Shown here one piece after another: positions 1 through 14,997 of a DNA stretch of 64,000 nucleotides (position 1 is its first letter; the number at the start of each line of letters is the position of its first letter). The translations under genes and the position numbers were made by a program. Source of the stretch: the human T2T-CHM13v2.0 reference genome, Homo sapiens; assembly GCF_009914755.1 (NCBI RefSeq), contig NC_060925.1; one strand, written 5' to 3'. The notes under the pieces were generated by a model. It saw only the letters and a list, made by a program, of their open reading frames with translations, ran no database searches and was not told the DNA's origin.

Positions 1-114
1 ACATTTTAAAATGCTCAAATTGTCCCCAAATCCCAGTGACTGACACACCTGTGTGAGAAACGCTGCAAGACGCTAAAGTCCCCCTCATTTCTGAGGACTC
101 TGTTTTCAAGGATC

Positions 115-277
115 TTTTTTTTTTTTTTTGGAGACAGGATCTCACTTTGTCACCCAGGCTGGAGCACAGTGGCATGGTCATGGCTCCGTGTAGCCTCAAA
201 CTTCTTGTCTTAAGCAATCCTCTCTCCTCAGCCTCCCAAAGCACTGGGATTACCGGCATCAGCCACCGTGCCCGGCC
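115..277 (-). mobile_element. Alu monomer (FRAM/AluJ-like)
   Basis: Poly-T followed by reverse-complement Alu sequence ending agccaccgtgcccggcc. Confidence 0.85.
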
Positions 278-603
278 TCAAGGCTCTTAAAACTAAGACC
301 CAGGATGGCCACATTTCAACCATGTTGCGCCACTGCTTAGGAAATGCTTCGGTGAAACAAAGCATTTGCCACTAATAAGACTTTAACACCAGCAATCTGT
401 TAATATTACAGATGTAAGTTAAATATTTCCACCACAGAGATGCTTCATCAACTTCAGTCAGATTAAAGTAATGGCCGTGGCATTTTCTGACCTTAATCTG
501 AATGAAAGTTTACCTGGATGTCCCACGCAAGCCTTGTAGGTGAAAAATGTTACCCTTGTTCTGGCATATTCTAACCACCTGGAATAAAATTGAAGCCTAA
601 TGC

Positions 604-820
604 TTATTGAGCAGTCACTTGGTTACACTTATTATGTGCTAAGCACTTTACATGAATTAATGTATTTAATATTCATGAAAACTTTATGGGGCAGGTCATA
701 TCCTTATTGCCCTTTACAAGTGATAAACAGAGGCACAGAAAGGTTAGGTAATTTCTCCAAAGTCCTACTGCTAGCAAGAGGTGTAGAGCTAGGATTAAAG
801 ACAGTCATCTGGTTACAGAC
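604..820 (-). mobile_element. MIR SINE
   Basis: MIR core-like tracts: tgtgctaagcactttacatgaatta...aaacagaggcacagaaaggttaggtaattt. Confidence 0.75.
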
Positions 821-826
821 ACCATC

Positions 827-960
827 TTTTTTTTTTTTTTTTTAAAGACAGGGTCTCACTTTTTTGCCTAGGCTAGATTCGAACTCCCAGGCTCAAACAA
901 TCCTCCCACCTCAGCCTCCCAAGTAGCTTGGACTGTAGGCGTGCAGCACTGTGCCCAGCC
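827..960 (-). mobile_element. FLAM / Alu left monomer
   Basis: Poly-T plus reverse Alu monomer; agacaccat flanks both sides (TSD-like). Confidence 0.85.
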
Positions 961-1819
961 AGACACCATGTTTTAATATAACTGACAACAAAGATGTTTA
1001 TTCTGTGTCCAGACTCATCTCTTGGGCCCAGGCCTGAGACCTCAAGTGTCACGCAGAGCTCCAGCCCTGTCTGCCTCCTACCTCCCTGGCCTATAGCAGT
1101 TTTGCTATATCAGGCTCTTTCGTGAGGGCTTATGCTTCCCTTTCACTGTCTATTCACCCTGGGACACAGCAAAAGGTGAAATGCACTATCCCTATATTGG
1201 ATACTAGAAATTCCAATCTACTTCCTACCTCCTGTTCCAATCTACCACCGTAGAGGCAGTGAAGAGAAAAATGGAATATTCCCCCCCACCATGCCTCTCT
1301 GTCTTCACTCTATTCCCTTAGTCTACCTTTTTGTGACCTTTTTCCTTCAAAGATTTCCCTGGAAAAATGCTGGGGTTACAGGAGAGACACCATGTGGTTT
1401 GTCTCAAATTTCCTAGGAATGGATAGGCTTCCAATTTCAAGAGATCCTTTGAGTCCTTAATCATTTCTTCCTTCATCATGACTCAGATATTCTTGCACAC
1501 TGATCACTAACTTTGTCTGTGTCAGTGAAATTTGGTTCTAGTTGAGATTCAGTTCCAGGTGACTGAGTACTTGCACATAGCTGCACTCTCTAAGGTGTAG
1601 TACATTCTCATGTTCCTAAAGATTTGCTCTTCTCTTTCTAGCATGTGTTCCCAGGAAGAATACGATCCACTGTGTAAGAATGCATTCTACAATGCATTCT
1701 ACCAAAGACTTGTGCTTGTTTTGTTGTCTTGGTTGCATTTCTGGGAGGCATAATCCTGATCCTCGTCCAACTGAAGAATCTAAGTACCCAAGCTTGGAAG
1801 CCCTTTCTCTAAGAATATA

Positions 1820-2476
1820 CAGTAGTCCCCCACTTATCTGAAAGGGATACATTCCAAGACTGCCAGTGGATGCCTGAAGCCACAGATAGAACCAAGCCTC
1901 ACATATACTATGTTTTTCTGATCTGATAATCAAGATGGCTAAATGATTTTGTGCAGATAAAAAGGTAGGATTCGCATCCTGGGCAGGAATGGAGTAGGAC
2001 AGCCTGAGATTTCATCATGCTACTCAGAATAGCACAAAATTTAAAACTTATGAATTGTTCATTTCTAGAGTTTTCCATTTAATCTTTTTGGGTTTTTCAT
2101 TTGTTTGTTTGTTGAGACAGGGTCTTGCTCTGTTGCCCAGGCTGGAGTGCAGTGGTGTGATCATGGATCACTACAGCCTTGAACTCCCAGGCTCAAGTGT
2201 TTCTCTCGCCTCAGCCTCCTGAGTAGCTGAGACTACAGGCATGCACCACCACAACTGGCTATTTTTAATTTTTATTTGTAGAGACAGGGTCTCACTATAT
2301 TGCCTAGGCTGGTCTTGAACTCCTGAGCTCAAGCAATGCTCCTGCCTCTACCTCTCAAAGTGCTGGGATTATAGGTGTGAGGCACCATGCCCTGCCATTT
2401 AATATTTTTGGACTGCAGTTGACCAGAGGTAACTGTAACTGTGGAAAGTGTAACCGTCAATAAGGGGGGACTATGG
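1820..2476 (+). mobile_element. MER44A-like Tigger (Tc1/mariner) MITE split by an Alu
   Basis: TIRs cagtagtcccccacttatc ... aataaggggggactatgg, TA on both sides; internal sequence matches recalled MER44A consensus. Confidence 0.75.
2100..2394 (-). mobile_element. AluJ inserted in MER44A
   Basis: Full reverse Alu dimer; TSD ccatttaat(c/a)tttttg at 2075-2090 and 2395-2410. Confidence 0.9.
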
Positions 2477-2660
2477 TATAGACAGTCCTCAAAAGGCCCC
2501 AGTCAATGATGAAAGCTGTGCAGATGTCCTGACAACCAAGAAGCAACTCACTGTAGAATATTATAATAATATAAAGATTACATAAGGTCAACTTTGTGGG
2601 GTTCTCAAATTATACCTCACTTACTCTGAGGTGAGCAGATCCATATTAGTTCTACTGTTC

Positions 2661-2963
2661 TTTTTTGTTTAAGAAGCAGTCTTACTCTGTTGCCCAGGCT
2701 GGAATGCAGGGGCGTGATCTCAGTTCACTGCAACCTCCACTGTGAAACCTCTGGGTTCAAGTAATTCTTCTGTCTCAGCCTCCCAAGTAGCTGGGATTAC
2801 AGGCATCCACCACCATGCCTGGCTATTTTTTTTTGTATTTTTTAGTAGAGATGGGGTTTCACCATATTGGCCAGGCTGGTCTTGAACTCCTGACCTCAAG
2901 TTATCCACCCGCCTTGGCCTCCCAAAGTGCTAGGATTACAGGCATGAGCCACTGCGCCTGGCC
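2661..2963 (-). mobile_element. AluS
   Basis: Full reverse Alu dimer. Confidence 0.9.
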
Positions 2964-4091
2964 TCTCATTTCTTAATCATTGATTTCCAGTTCTACCTGA
3001 AAGACTCCAAACTCTGAAGTAGTTAACCCCACAGGTTTTCTCCTACGTAGTCCAGATTAGGGTCTGTGTCTGGCGTCTAAGAATCCCACAGCACCAACAG
3101 CCACCCTGACTCTCTCCTTGGATTTCATCTTTTAGTCTCTGGACTCAGCCCCAACATTTGGACATTTGCAAGCAGAAAGATATGTTCCCGAATAAGGAAG
3201 TCAATAAAAAAATCCATGTTTACATTTTTCACTCCTTTCTCATTCCCTGCACTTATAGGGCCCTTCTCTAAGATAATATCAATCTATTTAATCTGCTTCC
3301 CTAAACTGTAAAGTTCTTCAGAGAAAAAACAATCCATCAAGTGCTCTGTTTCCCCTTCACTTCCCCTGGTCAGGGTCCATCAGACAATCCATGTGGCTGA
3401 CAGAGTGAGTGAGAAACCCCAGCCCTTCCGGCCAGGTAGGCATACTTCCTCTGCCCCCAGGTTCCTTAAAAAATGGTCATTCTTATTTTGTTATTTAGTG
3501 CGGTTTTTATCCAGAGAGGTCAGTTCTTCCGAGGGGCAGACTTTCAACCAACTGATTAAGAAATCTGGCAGAACCTTTCCCATCTCAGGATTCCCGGTAG
3601 AAAGAAAACCATGCTGCATGTGGCTCTGGGAGAGGAGACCACTTCTGAGCATGGTTGGCTGCTTTATCCCCTGCCCCTCCGAGATCCTGGCAGCCGCTTT
3701 ACAGAATCCCTAAATGTTATGTTTATTGGTCATTCTGGCTACCCAGACTTTAAACATCCTTTCCCTTTGGAAAGAAGCATCCAAAAGAAGGGAGGCAAGA
3801 CTCCATTTCCTACTTCAGAAGCCAAAGAGGGCAGAGAGTTTCTTTCTTTGGCGCAGCAGCTAGGGAACCAGCATATTACCCTGGGTTCAGCTGATCAGTG
3901 ACCCCGGTAGGACAGGAAGACTGTGGGGAGGCAGAACGTTTTGGCGGTGGCTGTGCTGGAGTTGAGTGTCCAGCAGCGCAGCAATGAGTGTTCAGGGGTG
4001 CCAGAGCCCAGCAGCATGATGACAAGTGCTCAGCATTGACAACACCAATGGCAGCATGCCAAGTAGAATATCTTTGTGCCTTGCCACCTTG

Positions 4092-4350
4092 TTTTTTTTT
4101 AAACAGTCTCGCTTTGTCACCCAAGCTGGAGTGCAGTGGTGTGATCATGGCTCACTACAGCCTCGACCTGGGGCTTAAACGATCCTCCTGCCTCAGCCAC
4201 CTAAGTAGCTGGGACTACAGGCACACACCATCATGCCTGGCCAATTTTTAATTTTTTTTTTTTAATTGATGAGGACTCTCTATGCTGCCAGGCTGGTCTT
4301 CAATTCCTGAGCTCCTGCCTTGGCCTCCCACAGTGCTAGGTCATGAGGCC
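4092..4350 (-). mobile_element. AluJ, partly deleted
   Basis: Reverse Alu right arm plus degraded left arm. Confidence 0.85.
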
Positions 4351-5045
4351 TCCCTAGATTTTTATCCAATTTCATCACCTGGTTCTCCAGCCTTGCACTG
4401 ATTCTTTGAACCATATGATACATTTCCAATAAATCCACTTTCCAACTGAGATTTCCATTGGTGGCAACCAAGAATTCTGTCTGATAGACCATCTGTTTCT
4501 TCTTGAACACACAATCCAGGAACAACTGAGTTTGGTGGACTTGATGAGGCCATTTCCTGCACTCTTACCGATCCTCCCACTATGTGCTAATTGCTTTACT
4601 TTCTCTTAAAACTGAAGAAGCTGTGTGTGCTCCCGAAACTGCCATGCAGGACCTCAGTAGATGTGTGCCATAGAACCACAAGCAAGCTCAGATAAATGAC
4701 TAGGAAGCAGGAAGATGCATCTGATGGCTTCTCTGCATGAAGACCAAATAAAAGGAACCTTGTACGTGGACTCTTTTTAAAAATTAAAATTTATTTTGTT
4801 TCTTGCATCTAATATAGAAATAATTCATATTCATTGTGGAAGATCTGTGGGAAAAAAAATAGAAAGAAAAAAAGACTCACCTGTCATCTACCAAACACCA
4901 ATAGACACAATTGAAATGATGATGTGTTTCTAATGTTTTTTTTATAAAGATCTTTTCATAGCTATGTTCATCCTGAAAATTCTGAAAAGAGCAGCAACAT
5001 TTCCAGTACATTATTGATATGCACACACATACAGTATATACACAT

Positions 5046-5471
5046 TGTATTAGACTGTTCTGGCATTGCTATAAAGAAATACCTGAGATTGAGTAATTTA
5101 TAAAGAAAAGAAGGTTTAATTAGCCACAATTCTGCAGGCTGTAAAGGAAGCATGATGTTGGCATCTGCTCGACTTCTGGAGAGGCTTCAGGAAACTAACA
5201 ATCATGGCAGAAGGTGAAGAGGAAGCAGGCACTTCACATGGCCAGAGCAGGAGCAAGAGAGAGAGGGGGGAGGTGCTACACACCTTTAAATGACGAGATC
5301 TCATAAAGAAGTCACTCACTATTGCAAGGACAGTACCAAGGGGATGGTACTAAATCATTCATGAGAAATCTGCCCCCATGATTTAAACACTTCCCACCAG
5401 GTCCACCTCCCATATGGGGAATTACAACTGAACATGAGATTTGGGTGAGGACACAGATCCAAACCATATCA
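5046..5471 (-). mobile_element. MSTA-like ERVL-MaLR solo LTR
   Basis: Starts tgtattag and ends ccaaaccatatca, the reverse complement of the MST TGATATGGTTTGG...CTAATACA termini. Confidence 0.88.
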
Positions 5472-5474
5472 GAT

Positions 5475-6220
5475 ATAAAGTATGTATATATGAAAATGTA
5501 ATGGGAATGTTTATCATATGTTATATATATTCCTCCACTTTATATATAATATAAATATTGAGATATAAACATTATGAATATAAATTATATATGTAAATAT
5601 AAATTATAATTATAGGCTGGGCATGGTTGCTCACGCCTGTAATCCCAGCATTTTGGGAGGCCGAGGCAGGCAGATCACTTGAGGTCAGGAGTTTGAGACC
5701 AGCCTGGGCAGCATGGTGAAACCCCATCTCTACCAAAAACACAAAAAATTAGCTGGGTGTGGTGGCAAGAAACTGTAGTCCCAGCTACTCAGGAGGCTGA
5801 GGCAGAAGGATTGCCTGAACCCCAGAGGTGGAGGTTACAGTGAACAGAGGTCCTGCCAGTGCACTCCAGCCCGGGTGATGGAGCGAGACTCCATCTCAAA
5901 AAAAAAAATAAATAAATAAATAAACAAATAAAATTATCATTATACATATTATATTTATATTATATAATACAATACATAATATAATTATATGTAATGTAAT
6001 ATAGAATATATTATATATTAGAATTATGTTAATGTTATAATATAAATATAAATTATAAACATTTATATATCATATATAATATTTATATTATTATCACTAT
6101 AAATATATTTATATTTATGTTATATAATATTATATACTATAATATAATGATTCATATAATATATAACATATATTATAAATATTCATATTATATACTATAA
6201 CATAAATACATATATTTATC
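5475..6220. repeat. AT-rich (TA)n-like low-complexity tract interrupted by a plus-strand Alu (5615-5930)
   Basis: Almost pure A/T tataat/atatta runs on both sides of a full Alu. Confidence 0.9.
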
Positions 6221-6265
6221 CCCAGTACTAAATATAAGACAGTGAACTCTATTTTTCAGTAGGAA

Positions 6266-6530
6266 GCATTTCTCAAAGTGTCACATAGAACACTTATTCC
6301 TCCATTTGTTAATATCTGCTATACACATAATATAAAAAGATATTTTCTTGATCAGATAAGTTTGGGAAATGCTGAGCTAAAGTCAAACATATTTCTTTAT
6401 TGCATGAATTTTCAGAGCTTTTAACACAGCAGAGTGCAAACATGCATTTCCCAACCCCTGTGTGACCACAGGACTCCCTTTTAAAGCACATTTCTCAGGA
6501 TTAGTGTTCTAAGGAGCACGGACCCAGAAA
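6266..6530. mobile_element. hAT-Charlie MITE remnant (MER103C-like)
   Basis: catttctcaaagtg...ataagtttgggaaatgctg...gcatttcccaa...tagtgttct resemble recalled MER103C. Confidence 0.45.
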
Positions 6531-9126
6531 GCTTAGAACTTCCTATCATGTTCCTTCTTCTTCCACCTACTTCATTATTGAAGAAACAGCTCAGAGTTGG
6601 TGGGAGGAAAAGAAGAATGTATTTCAGACACACAAAAGCAAAATTTGGAAAAGAAATAACAGAATGGGACCTTGGAAGTGATTTTCCTTTGTGGATGTGT
6701 TTATCTGTAAGGACATGTTTGAGGGTATGAGGTTCACAGACAAATGCCACGATTCGCACCCGAGAGAACTGAGGATAGAGCCATGCTGAATTCTAAGGGG
6801 GCAATCTTGTCTTGAGAAATATTGCTTCATAAGTGGGTCTACCCCTGCTTAAGTAAAATATCCAATTAATTTACTAGAACGCTGCATTGTCTGACTACAA
6901 GCAATTAATTTAATGTTACTCAATATCATTTCATTATTTGCCTCCCAAAAAAGACAGTTCTATATAACACATTTTCTAAATGATGCAAATAAGGATAAAT
7001 GAGAAAATAAGGTAACACAAGAGGCATCGTTGAAGATGATGAGCATGTTCTTACTGGAACAAAGCTTGGGTTGACACAGGAAATCTCCATAAGAAATCCT
7101 GTTTTTGCCCCATGACTTTCCCAACTGACCTAAAGTCTGGTCAATCTCCAAGTGCAGTCTGCGCAGAATCTGAATTCATCCACAGATTAAGAATGAAAAC
7201 ATGCCTCTTCCATTAAACCAACAAGTGTGAATGCCAAACTGCAGTTTGACATATACAGAAATTGAGGGAAACTGGAAGTAAAAAAAGAAACCTGAAATGG
7301 GTGATGTCTCCTAATAAACACCTTATTCACTGCCAGCTCTGCAAACTTGCTTTGTGCCAAAACCCATCCACGAGACTCCACAATACTCCTGACCCTGGTA
7401 GCTGTCATTTTTGGGATACGCTAAGCGTCTAGGAAAGTCTGGGAAATACCAGAGTTCAGAAGCACCTTCTTTCTGTGAAGGAGCCTAAAGGATATTCCAA
7501 GGCAACTTTCTAATTTTTTGGTTGAAATTTTCTTCATGCTTCTGTTTGGTGAGCTGCTCAGCTGACTCCCATGCCTGAGCTTCACAGTGCCAGCTCCCGC
7601 TGACCCTTGAGAGGGAAATGGAACCTGAGATTGTCAAAGCTGGAGGGGACCTGAATGATCATCCCCTCTAGCCCAACCTCCTCTGTTTACAGATCTGAAG
7701 GCAGGGAGCCTGAAACCCACCCAGCATCCTGGGAGTAAATGTGCTTTCCTCCCTTCTTCTATTTCTGTGCGATTTTCCCATGGCATCCAGCCAGAGCATC
7801 TACACCAGTAATGTCTAGAGGATTTATGAGGCCAAGCGATCCTTTGGGTTTCTACGCAGACCTAAACAGGAAACCCACACAAGGAAATGCCCTTTCTGTT
7901 TGCAGGCCAAATTCCCAGGATGCCTTCGCCAGAGTGCCCTGGCTGGAACAAAACAAAGGCCTGGCACAATAAATGCCCTTAGCTCCAAAGGCAGAGGTGC
8001 CCTCCCCACCTCTCCCCACCTCTCCCCATCCCCTCCCTAGTCCAGGAGGCCCTCTATTAGTTTAATGAGAATGAAACTTCCTTCTCTCAGAACTCAGCTT
8101 CACTTAATCCAACTGGTTGAGATGCTGGAGGGGGTCCCCCTGGATCTCCAGGTGGATTTCAGGGTATTACTTCTCCTTACCTGTGCAAAGTCAACCTGGG
8201 CAAGTCCTCCAGGTTAATTAACCAGACACCCTACTCACACCCCTCTTATTCTTTCTCCATGTTTAGCCCCTAGAAGATGCCTTAGAGATGAAAAAAAAAA
8301 CACACGCATTTCCTAATGAAGAGGCAGCCAGATGCAGCCTCTGAGCCCTGACTGCACAGTGTGACAGTCACTCAACCCAACACAGCTCTCTTGCCTTTGC
8401 TGCAACCTCAACACCCTGCGTCCTGCCAAATCTCTTCCCATTTCATCAGTCCATCTATGCTGGTGTCCAGCCATTCCAGCCCACCATGGCATTTAAAAAT
8501 CTTTCCAGCTCTCTGTGGAAGATCTGAGACTTGAGAAAGAGACTGTTGCTCAGGGCTGGACAGGAAGGAAGTATGCATTCCTGGCTCCCAGAACAGAACA
8601 GCAATGTGGGTGACCCTTCGTCCCCTCCCCAAGGCGTCCCCTTGGGCCGACACAAAAATAGATTCTATCCTCCTTGGTTCGTCTCCACCTCCCTCGGGAA
8701 AGAAGACACAGGCTTCGAGTGAGTCAACAGTATTATCGGGGCTTGACTGTCTTTCAGGAATGACCAGATGTTGGGAAGAGGATAATGTGCCATTTCCTTT
8801 AACAAATAGTCCGGGCATCTGTGCATTTCCTTTTGAGCCAGCTCTTCAGGAGACTGTGCCGCTGTGACAGGGAAGGACGAATCACCCTGGTTTCTACTCT
8901 CACGGATACTAGGGGGCTCCTTGAACCCTTTGGATTCCAGCCCTCCATTAAGAAAATATTTCTGTCCTTTGTATGCATGAGTGACACCACGAGAAGACAG
9001 CATAGGGAGTGGTTACAAGCAAAGAATTTAGAGACAAAATAAATGCTCTAAGGGAAAAAGACAAGTAGCCAAGGAACGCTGGGAGAGGGCTTGGAGGAAG
9101 CAAATTGTTCATCCATTCCCCCAAAT

Positions 9127-9281
9127 CAGTGGTTCTCAGTAGAAAACCAACATGAGTAACATTTGCCTGGGAACTTGTCTACCACCCCAGCCCTACTGAA
9201 ACTCCAGGGGTGAAGCCCAGCAATCTCCTTTGACAAGCCTTCCAGGAGATTCTGATGTGAGCTCAAGATTGAGAACTACTG
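9127..9281. mobile_element. MER5A hAT MITE
   Basis: TIRs cagtggttctca ... tgagaactactg; internal gcccagcaatct...gattctgatg. Confidence 0.75.
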
Positions 9282-9343
9282 ATCCAGATAGATCTTAGCT
9301 GGTCCTGGGGCTTCCCAGAAAGCATTTTTAAAAAAGCAGAGAT

Positions 9344-9900
9344 TCTCCTCCACAGGAGGCCTACATGCTGCCACCTCTGTGGCCACCATGTCTCTAGTGA
9401 TCCCTGAAGAGTTCCAGCATATTCTGCGAGTACTCAACACCAGCATCGGTGGGCGGTGGAAAAAAAGCCTTTGCCATCACTGCCATTTAGGCTGTGGGTC
9501 GAAGATATGCTCATGCGGTGTTGAGGAAAGCAGACTTTGACCACACCAAGAGGGCAGGAGAACTCACTGAGGATGAGGTGGAACGTGTGATCACCATTAT
9601 ACAGGATCCATGCCAGTACAAGATCCCGGACTGGTTCTTGAACAGACAGAAGGATGTAAAGTCTGGAAAATACAGCCAGATCCCAGCCAATGGACAACAA
9701 GTTCTGTGACGACCTGGAGTGATTGAAGAAGTTTCAGGCCCATAGAGGGCTGCGCCACCTCTGGGGCCTTCGTGTCTTGAGGCCAGCACAGCAAGACCAC
9801 TGGCTGCCATGGCTGTACTACGGGTGTGTCCAAGAAGGAATAAATCTGTAGGCCTTGTCTGTTAATAAATAGTTTATATACCAAAAAAAAAAAAAAAAAA
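9344..9900 (+). pseudogene. RPS18P3: Processed pseudogene of ribosomal protein S18 (probably RPS18P3; paralog number from memory)
   Basis: Intronless copy of the RPS18 mRNA: 5'UTR, ATG 9388 (MSLVIPEEFQHILRVLNT), [47 protein letters not shown] 9841, AATAAA 9864, poly-A 9883-9900, TSD aaaaa(a/t)gcagagat. Disabled by a +1 frameshift near 9460, an in-frame TAG and a 5-nt deletion near 9693. Confidence 0.95.
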
Positions 9901-10951
9901 TGCAGAGATAGTGTGGGATGATTACCTGAGAAAATGCTTTAGCTCCCTTGCAGGGGTGGAAGGAAGGGACAGGACTTGTAAATGAGGCTATTCTGGCAAG
10001 AGAAAGATCCTACAAATAGAAATGAACTGACAGCAAATAAAACAATCCAAGATGCATCTTATCTCTCTGCTCATACTGCATTAATTTGCAGCACTTCTAG
10101 AATATGGCTCAATGACGTAAGAGTATATTCACAGCATATTTTTCAGTTTAAATAAAATGCTCAATGTGGGCCCAATTATGTAAAACGTACGTGCATATCA
10201 ATCCATATTTAGAAAAAATATTAGAAGATTATATATCAAAATGTGATCATCTCTGGGTGGTGGAATACGAATAACCTTTACTTCATCCTTTATGATGTTT
10301 TGTTTTTTCCCCAATGTTTCCATAATAAATAGGTATTTTTTAATAACAAAACAACTGTAATAAAGTGACAAGCTCGTTGGGTCAAAATAGTCATTTAAAA
10401 AAATCTGTATAGCCCTCTCCAGAGGCTACCTCTCCAAGAATTTATGTCACACTGATAATTAGCACCACCTGTTACACTTGTGCTAAAATGGGCACAAAGA
10501 ACGTTGGATTCAGAACTTATAAAGAGATTGTTAAACTCATCAGCTCTAGTTGAAACCAGCACAGCAGGGAGAGCTGCAGAAAAATGTCAGTCAGAGCCCA
10601 CCCTGGGGCTCCGGGGCCTCGCTGGGGCTGGCCCAGGGCCCTCGTGTGCTTCCAGCACGTGAATCTGGGTTGCTGGGTGTCCTCAGCAGCCTGCAGGGAT
10701 CCACTGTCCTTCTGCACAGCTTTGTTCGGGAGCCCCAGCACCCTCTCAGTTTTTACACCCTGATTTCCTACCAGGGAGAGGCCCTGGGCAAAAACAAAAC
10801 AAAATGAAAACACTGAAAGGGCTCTCAAAGCCTAGAAAGGAAGAAAGGACAATGGAACGTGATGTAAGGGTCGCTAAACAGCCAGTGACTCAGCGCTTCT
10901 GCACCATCAACACCAGCTGCAGCCTGCAGCGGTGGCCGTGGCAGCTCACAG

Positions 10952-10952
<1 letters not shown>

Positions 10953-11001
<49 letters not shown>
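10953..11001. repeat. (CA)n microsatellite
   Basis: About 24 perfect CA units. Confidence 0.97.
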
Positions 11002-11004
<3 letters not shown>

Positions 11005-11135
11005 CAAACATTACACTGCCTGGAGAATGGCAAAAATTCTGACTCTTAGACTGTGCTACAGCCAAGAAGACACAGAATCAAAGACTTATGGAGCTTCAGG
11101 GAGCCTGGAAGAATATATAAGTATGTTAGATCTTA

Positions 11136-12624
<1,489 letters not shown>

Positions 12625-12630
<6 letters not shown>

Positions 12631-12729
12631 GGAAAGGGAAGTGAAGGGGAGGGGAGAGGAGAGGATGGGAGGGGAGTGGGGAAAGAGAGAGAGGAGAGAG
12701 GGAGAAAGAGAGAGAGGAGAGAGGAGAGA

Positions 12730-12777
<48 letters not shown>

Positions 12778-12792
12778 GAGAGAAAAAGAAAG
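12625..12792. repeat. (GA)n/GGA purine-rich microsatellite derived from an Alu tail
   Basis: Nearly pure purine run gagagagaga... Confidence 0.92.
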
Positions 12793-12795
12793 GCT

Positions 12796-13500
12796 TTAGC
12801 TGCCATCTTGCATCACCACGTGTGTGCGCCTAGTCTCAGCTGGTCCACCCAAGAGCCCCTGAGCACCAAGCCTAGTCCCCCGCGTGGCCCCTTATCCACT
12901 CTGACAAGATGAAAGAAACAATCATGAACCAGGAAAAACTCCAAAGAACAATGATCCACTTTAACAACCCTGAAGTTCAGGCATTTCTGGCAGTGAACAC
13001 TTTCACCATTACAGGCCATGGTGAGACAAAGCAGCTGACAGAAATGCTACGCAGCGTCTTAAACCAGCTTGCTGCAGTCAGTCTGACTAGTTTAAGGAGA
13101 CTGGCTGAAGCTCTGCCCAAACAATCTGTGGATGGAAAAGCACCACTTGCTACTGGAGAGGATGATGACGATGATGAAGTTCCAGGTATCGTGGAGAATT
13201 TTGATGAGGCTTCCAAGAATGAGGCAAACTGAATTGAGTCAACTTCTGAAGATAAAACTTGAAGAAGTTACTGGGAGCTGCCATTTTATATTATGACTGC
13301 TTTTCAAGAATTTTTTGTTTATGAATCTGATAAAATCTAGATCTCTAATATTTTTAAGCCCAAGCCCCTTGGACACTGCAGCTCTTTTCAGTTTGTGCTT
13401 ATACACAGTTCATTCTTTACAGTTAATTAGGCCGAAGAAGCCTGGGAATAAAGTTTGAAACAAAGGTTAATAAAGTTCTTTGCCTAGAGGAAAAAAAAAA
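12796..13500 (+). pseudogene. BTF3P9: Processed pseudogene of BTF3 (beta-NAC, short isoform) with an open 107-aa ORF at 12909-13232 (probably BTF3P9; number from memory)
   Basis: BTF3 5'UTR; [11 protein letters not shown] joined to [69 protein letters not shown]; full 3'UTR, AATAAA 13469, poly-A 13491-13500; no introns. Confidence 0.95.
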
Positions 13501-13524
13501 GAAAGGAAGGAAGGCTAGATTAGG

Positions 13525-13835
13525 GGCTAGGTGTGGTAGCTTACGCCTGCAATCTCAGCACTTTGGGAGGCTGAGGTGGGAGGATCACTTGAGCCCAGGA
13601 GCTTGAGACCAGCCTGGGCAACATGGCAAAACCCCATCTCTACTAAAAATACAAAATATTAACTGGGCATGGTGGTGAGCACCTGTAGTCCCAGCTACTT
13701 GGGAGGCTGAGGTGGGAGAATCACTTAAGCCCAGGAGGTCGAGGCTGCAAATGACCCATGATTGCACCACTGCATGCCAATGGAGGTGACAGAGCAAGAA
13801 CCTGTCAAAAAAAAAAAAAAAGGAAAAGAAAAGAA
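13525..13835 (+). mobile_element. AluJ
   Basis: Full Alu dimer with A tail. Confidence 0.9.
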
Positions 13836-14525
13836 ATTCAATGTCTGGGCCAAGAATCCAGAATATTAACACTTTAATATTCATTTAAAGAAGAGGCTTT
13901 CCAGCACTTCACATGCCCATCCTGTAGGAAAGAGCAGAGCTCAGGAGACACAGTTCTTACCAGGCTCTCCCTGTTACAATTGTCCCGTCCATCTCAGCTC
14001 CCCAGGCTTGGATTGAATTTAGAATGTCTCCCAGCCTGCTCTCTCTGCCATGAGGCTTCCATCTGTTGGTCCCAGCTCTCTGTGGAAGTGTAATTCTTTC
14101 CTAAATGCAGCTCTGTTTTCTCCATCACCTACCTCCTCTGCCAAGGCTGCTTTCACAGGAGTTCCCCAAATACAGATCCCAGAGTATTTACACATCGAAA
14201 TAAGCAAATGCTACAAGTTAGAGTTTTCTCCTCTCCCTTCCCCAGCCAACTCTGGTTACTAACATTTACCAGCATAGCACTGCATGCAGTTATAAATGTA
14301 GTAAATCATACTGCTATATATTTCTATATCCAGATCCTTCATATGGCATGGCTGGAAGATAAGGTTCCCAGTCAGAGCCACGATAGAAAGAGGGTGGATG
14401 GGTGGAGGCTTCGTTTCACCTAGGAATTTCCCCACGGGTAGTCAGCAAAAGTATGCTGAAGGAAAAGACAACAGACTTCCTAGGGCCTGGAGGAAGCACC
14501 TGTTTTCTAGGAAAAGTAATTTTCT

Positions 14526-14997
<472 letters not shown>

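Noticed and set aside
9494-9709. 71-aa RPS18-like ORF as a functional CDS
   Set aside because: Internal fragment between a frameshift/stop and a 5-nt deletion of a processed pseudogene.
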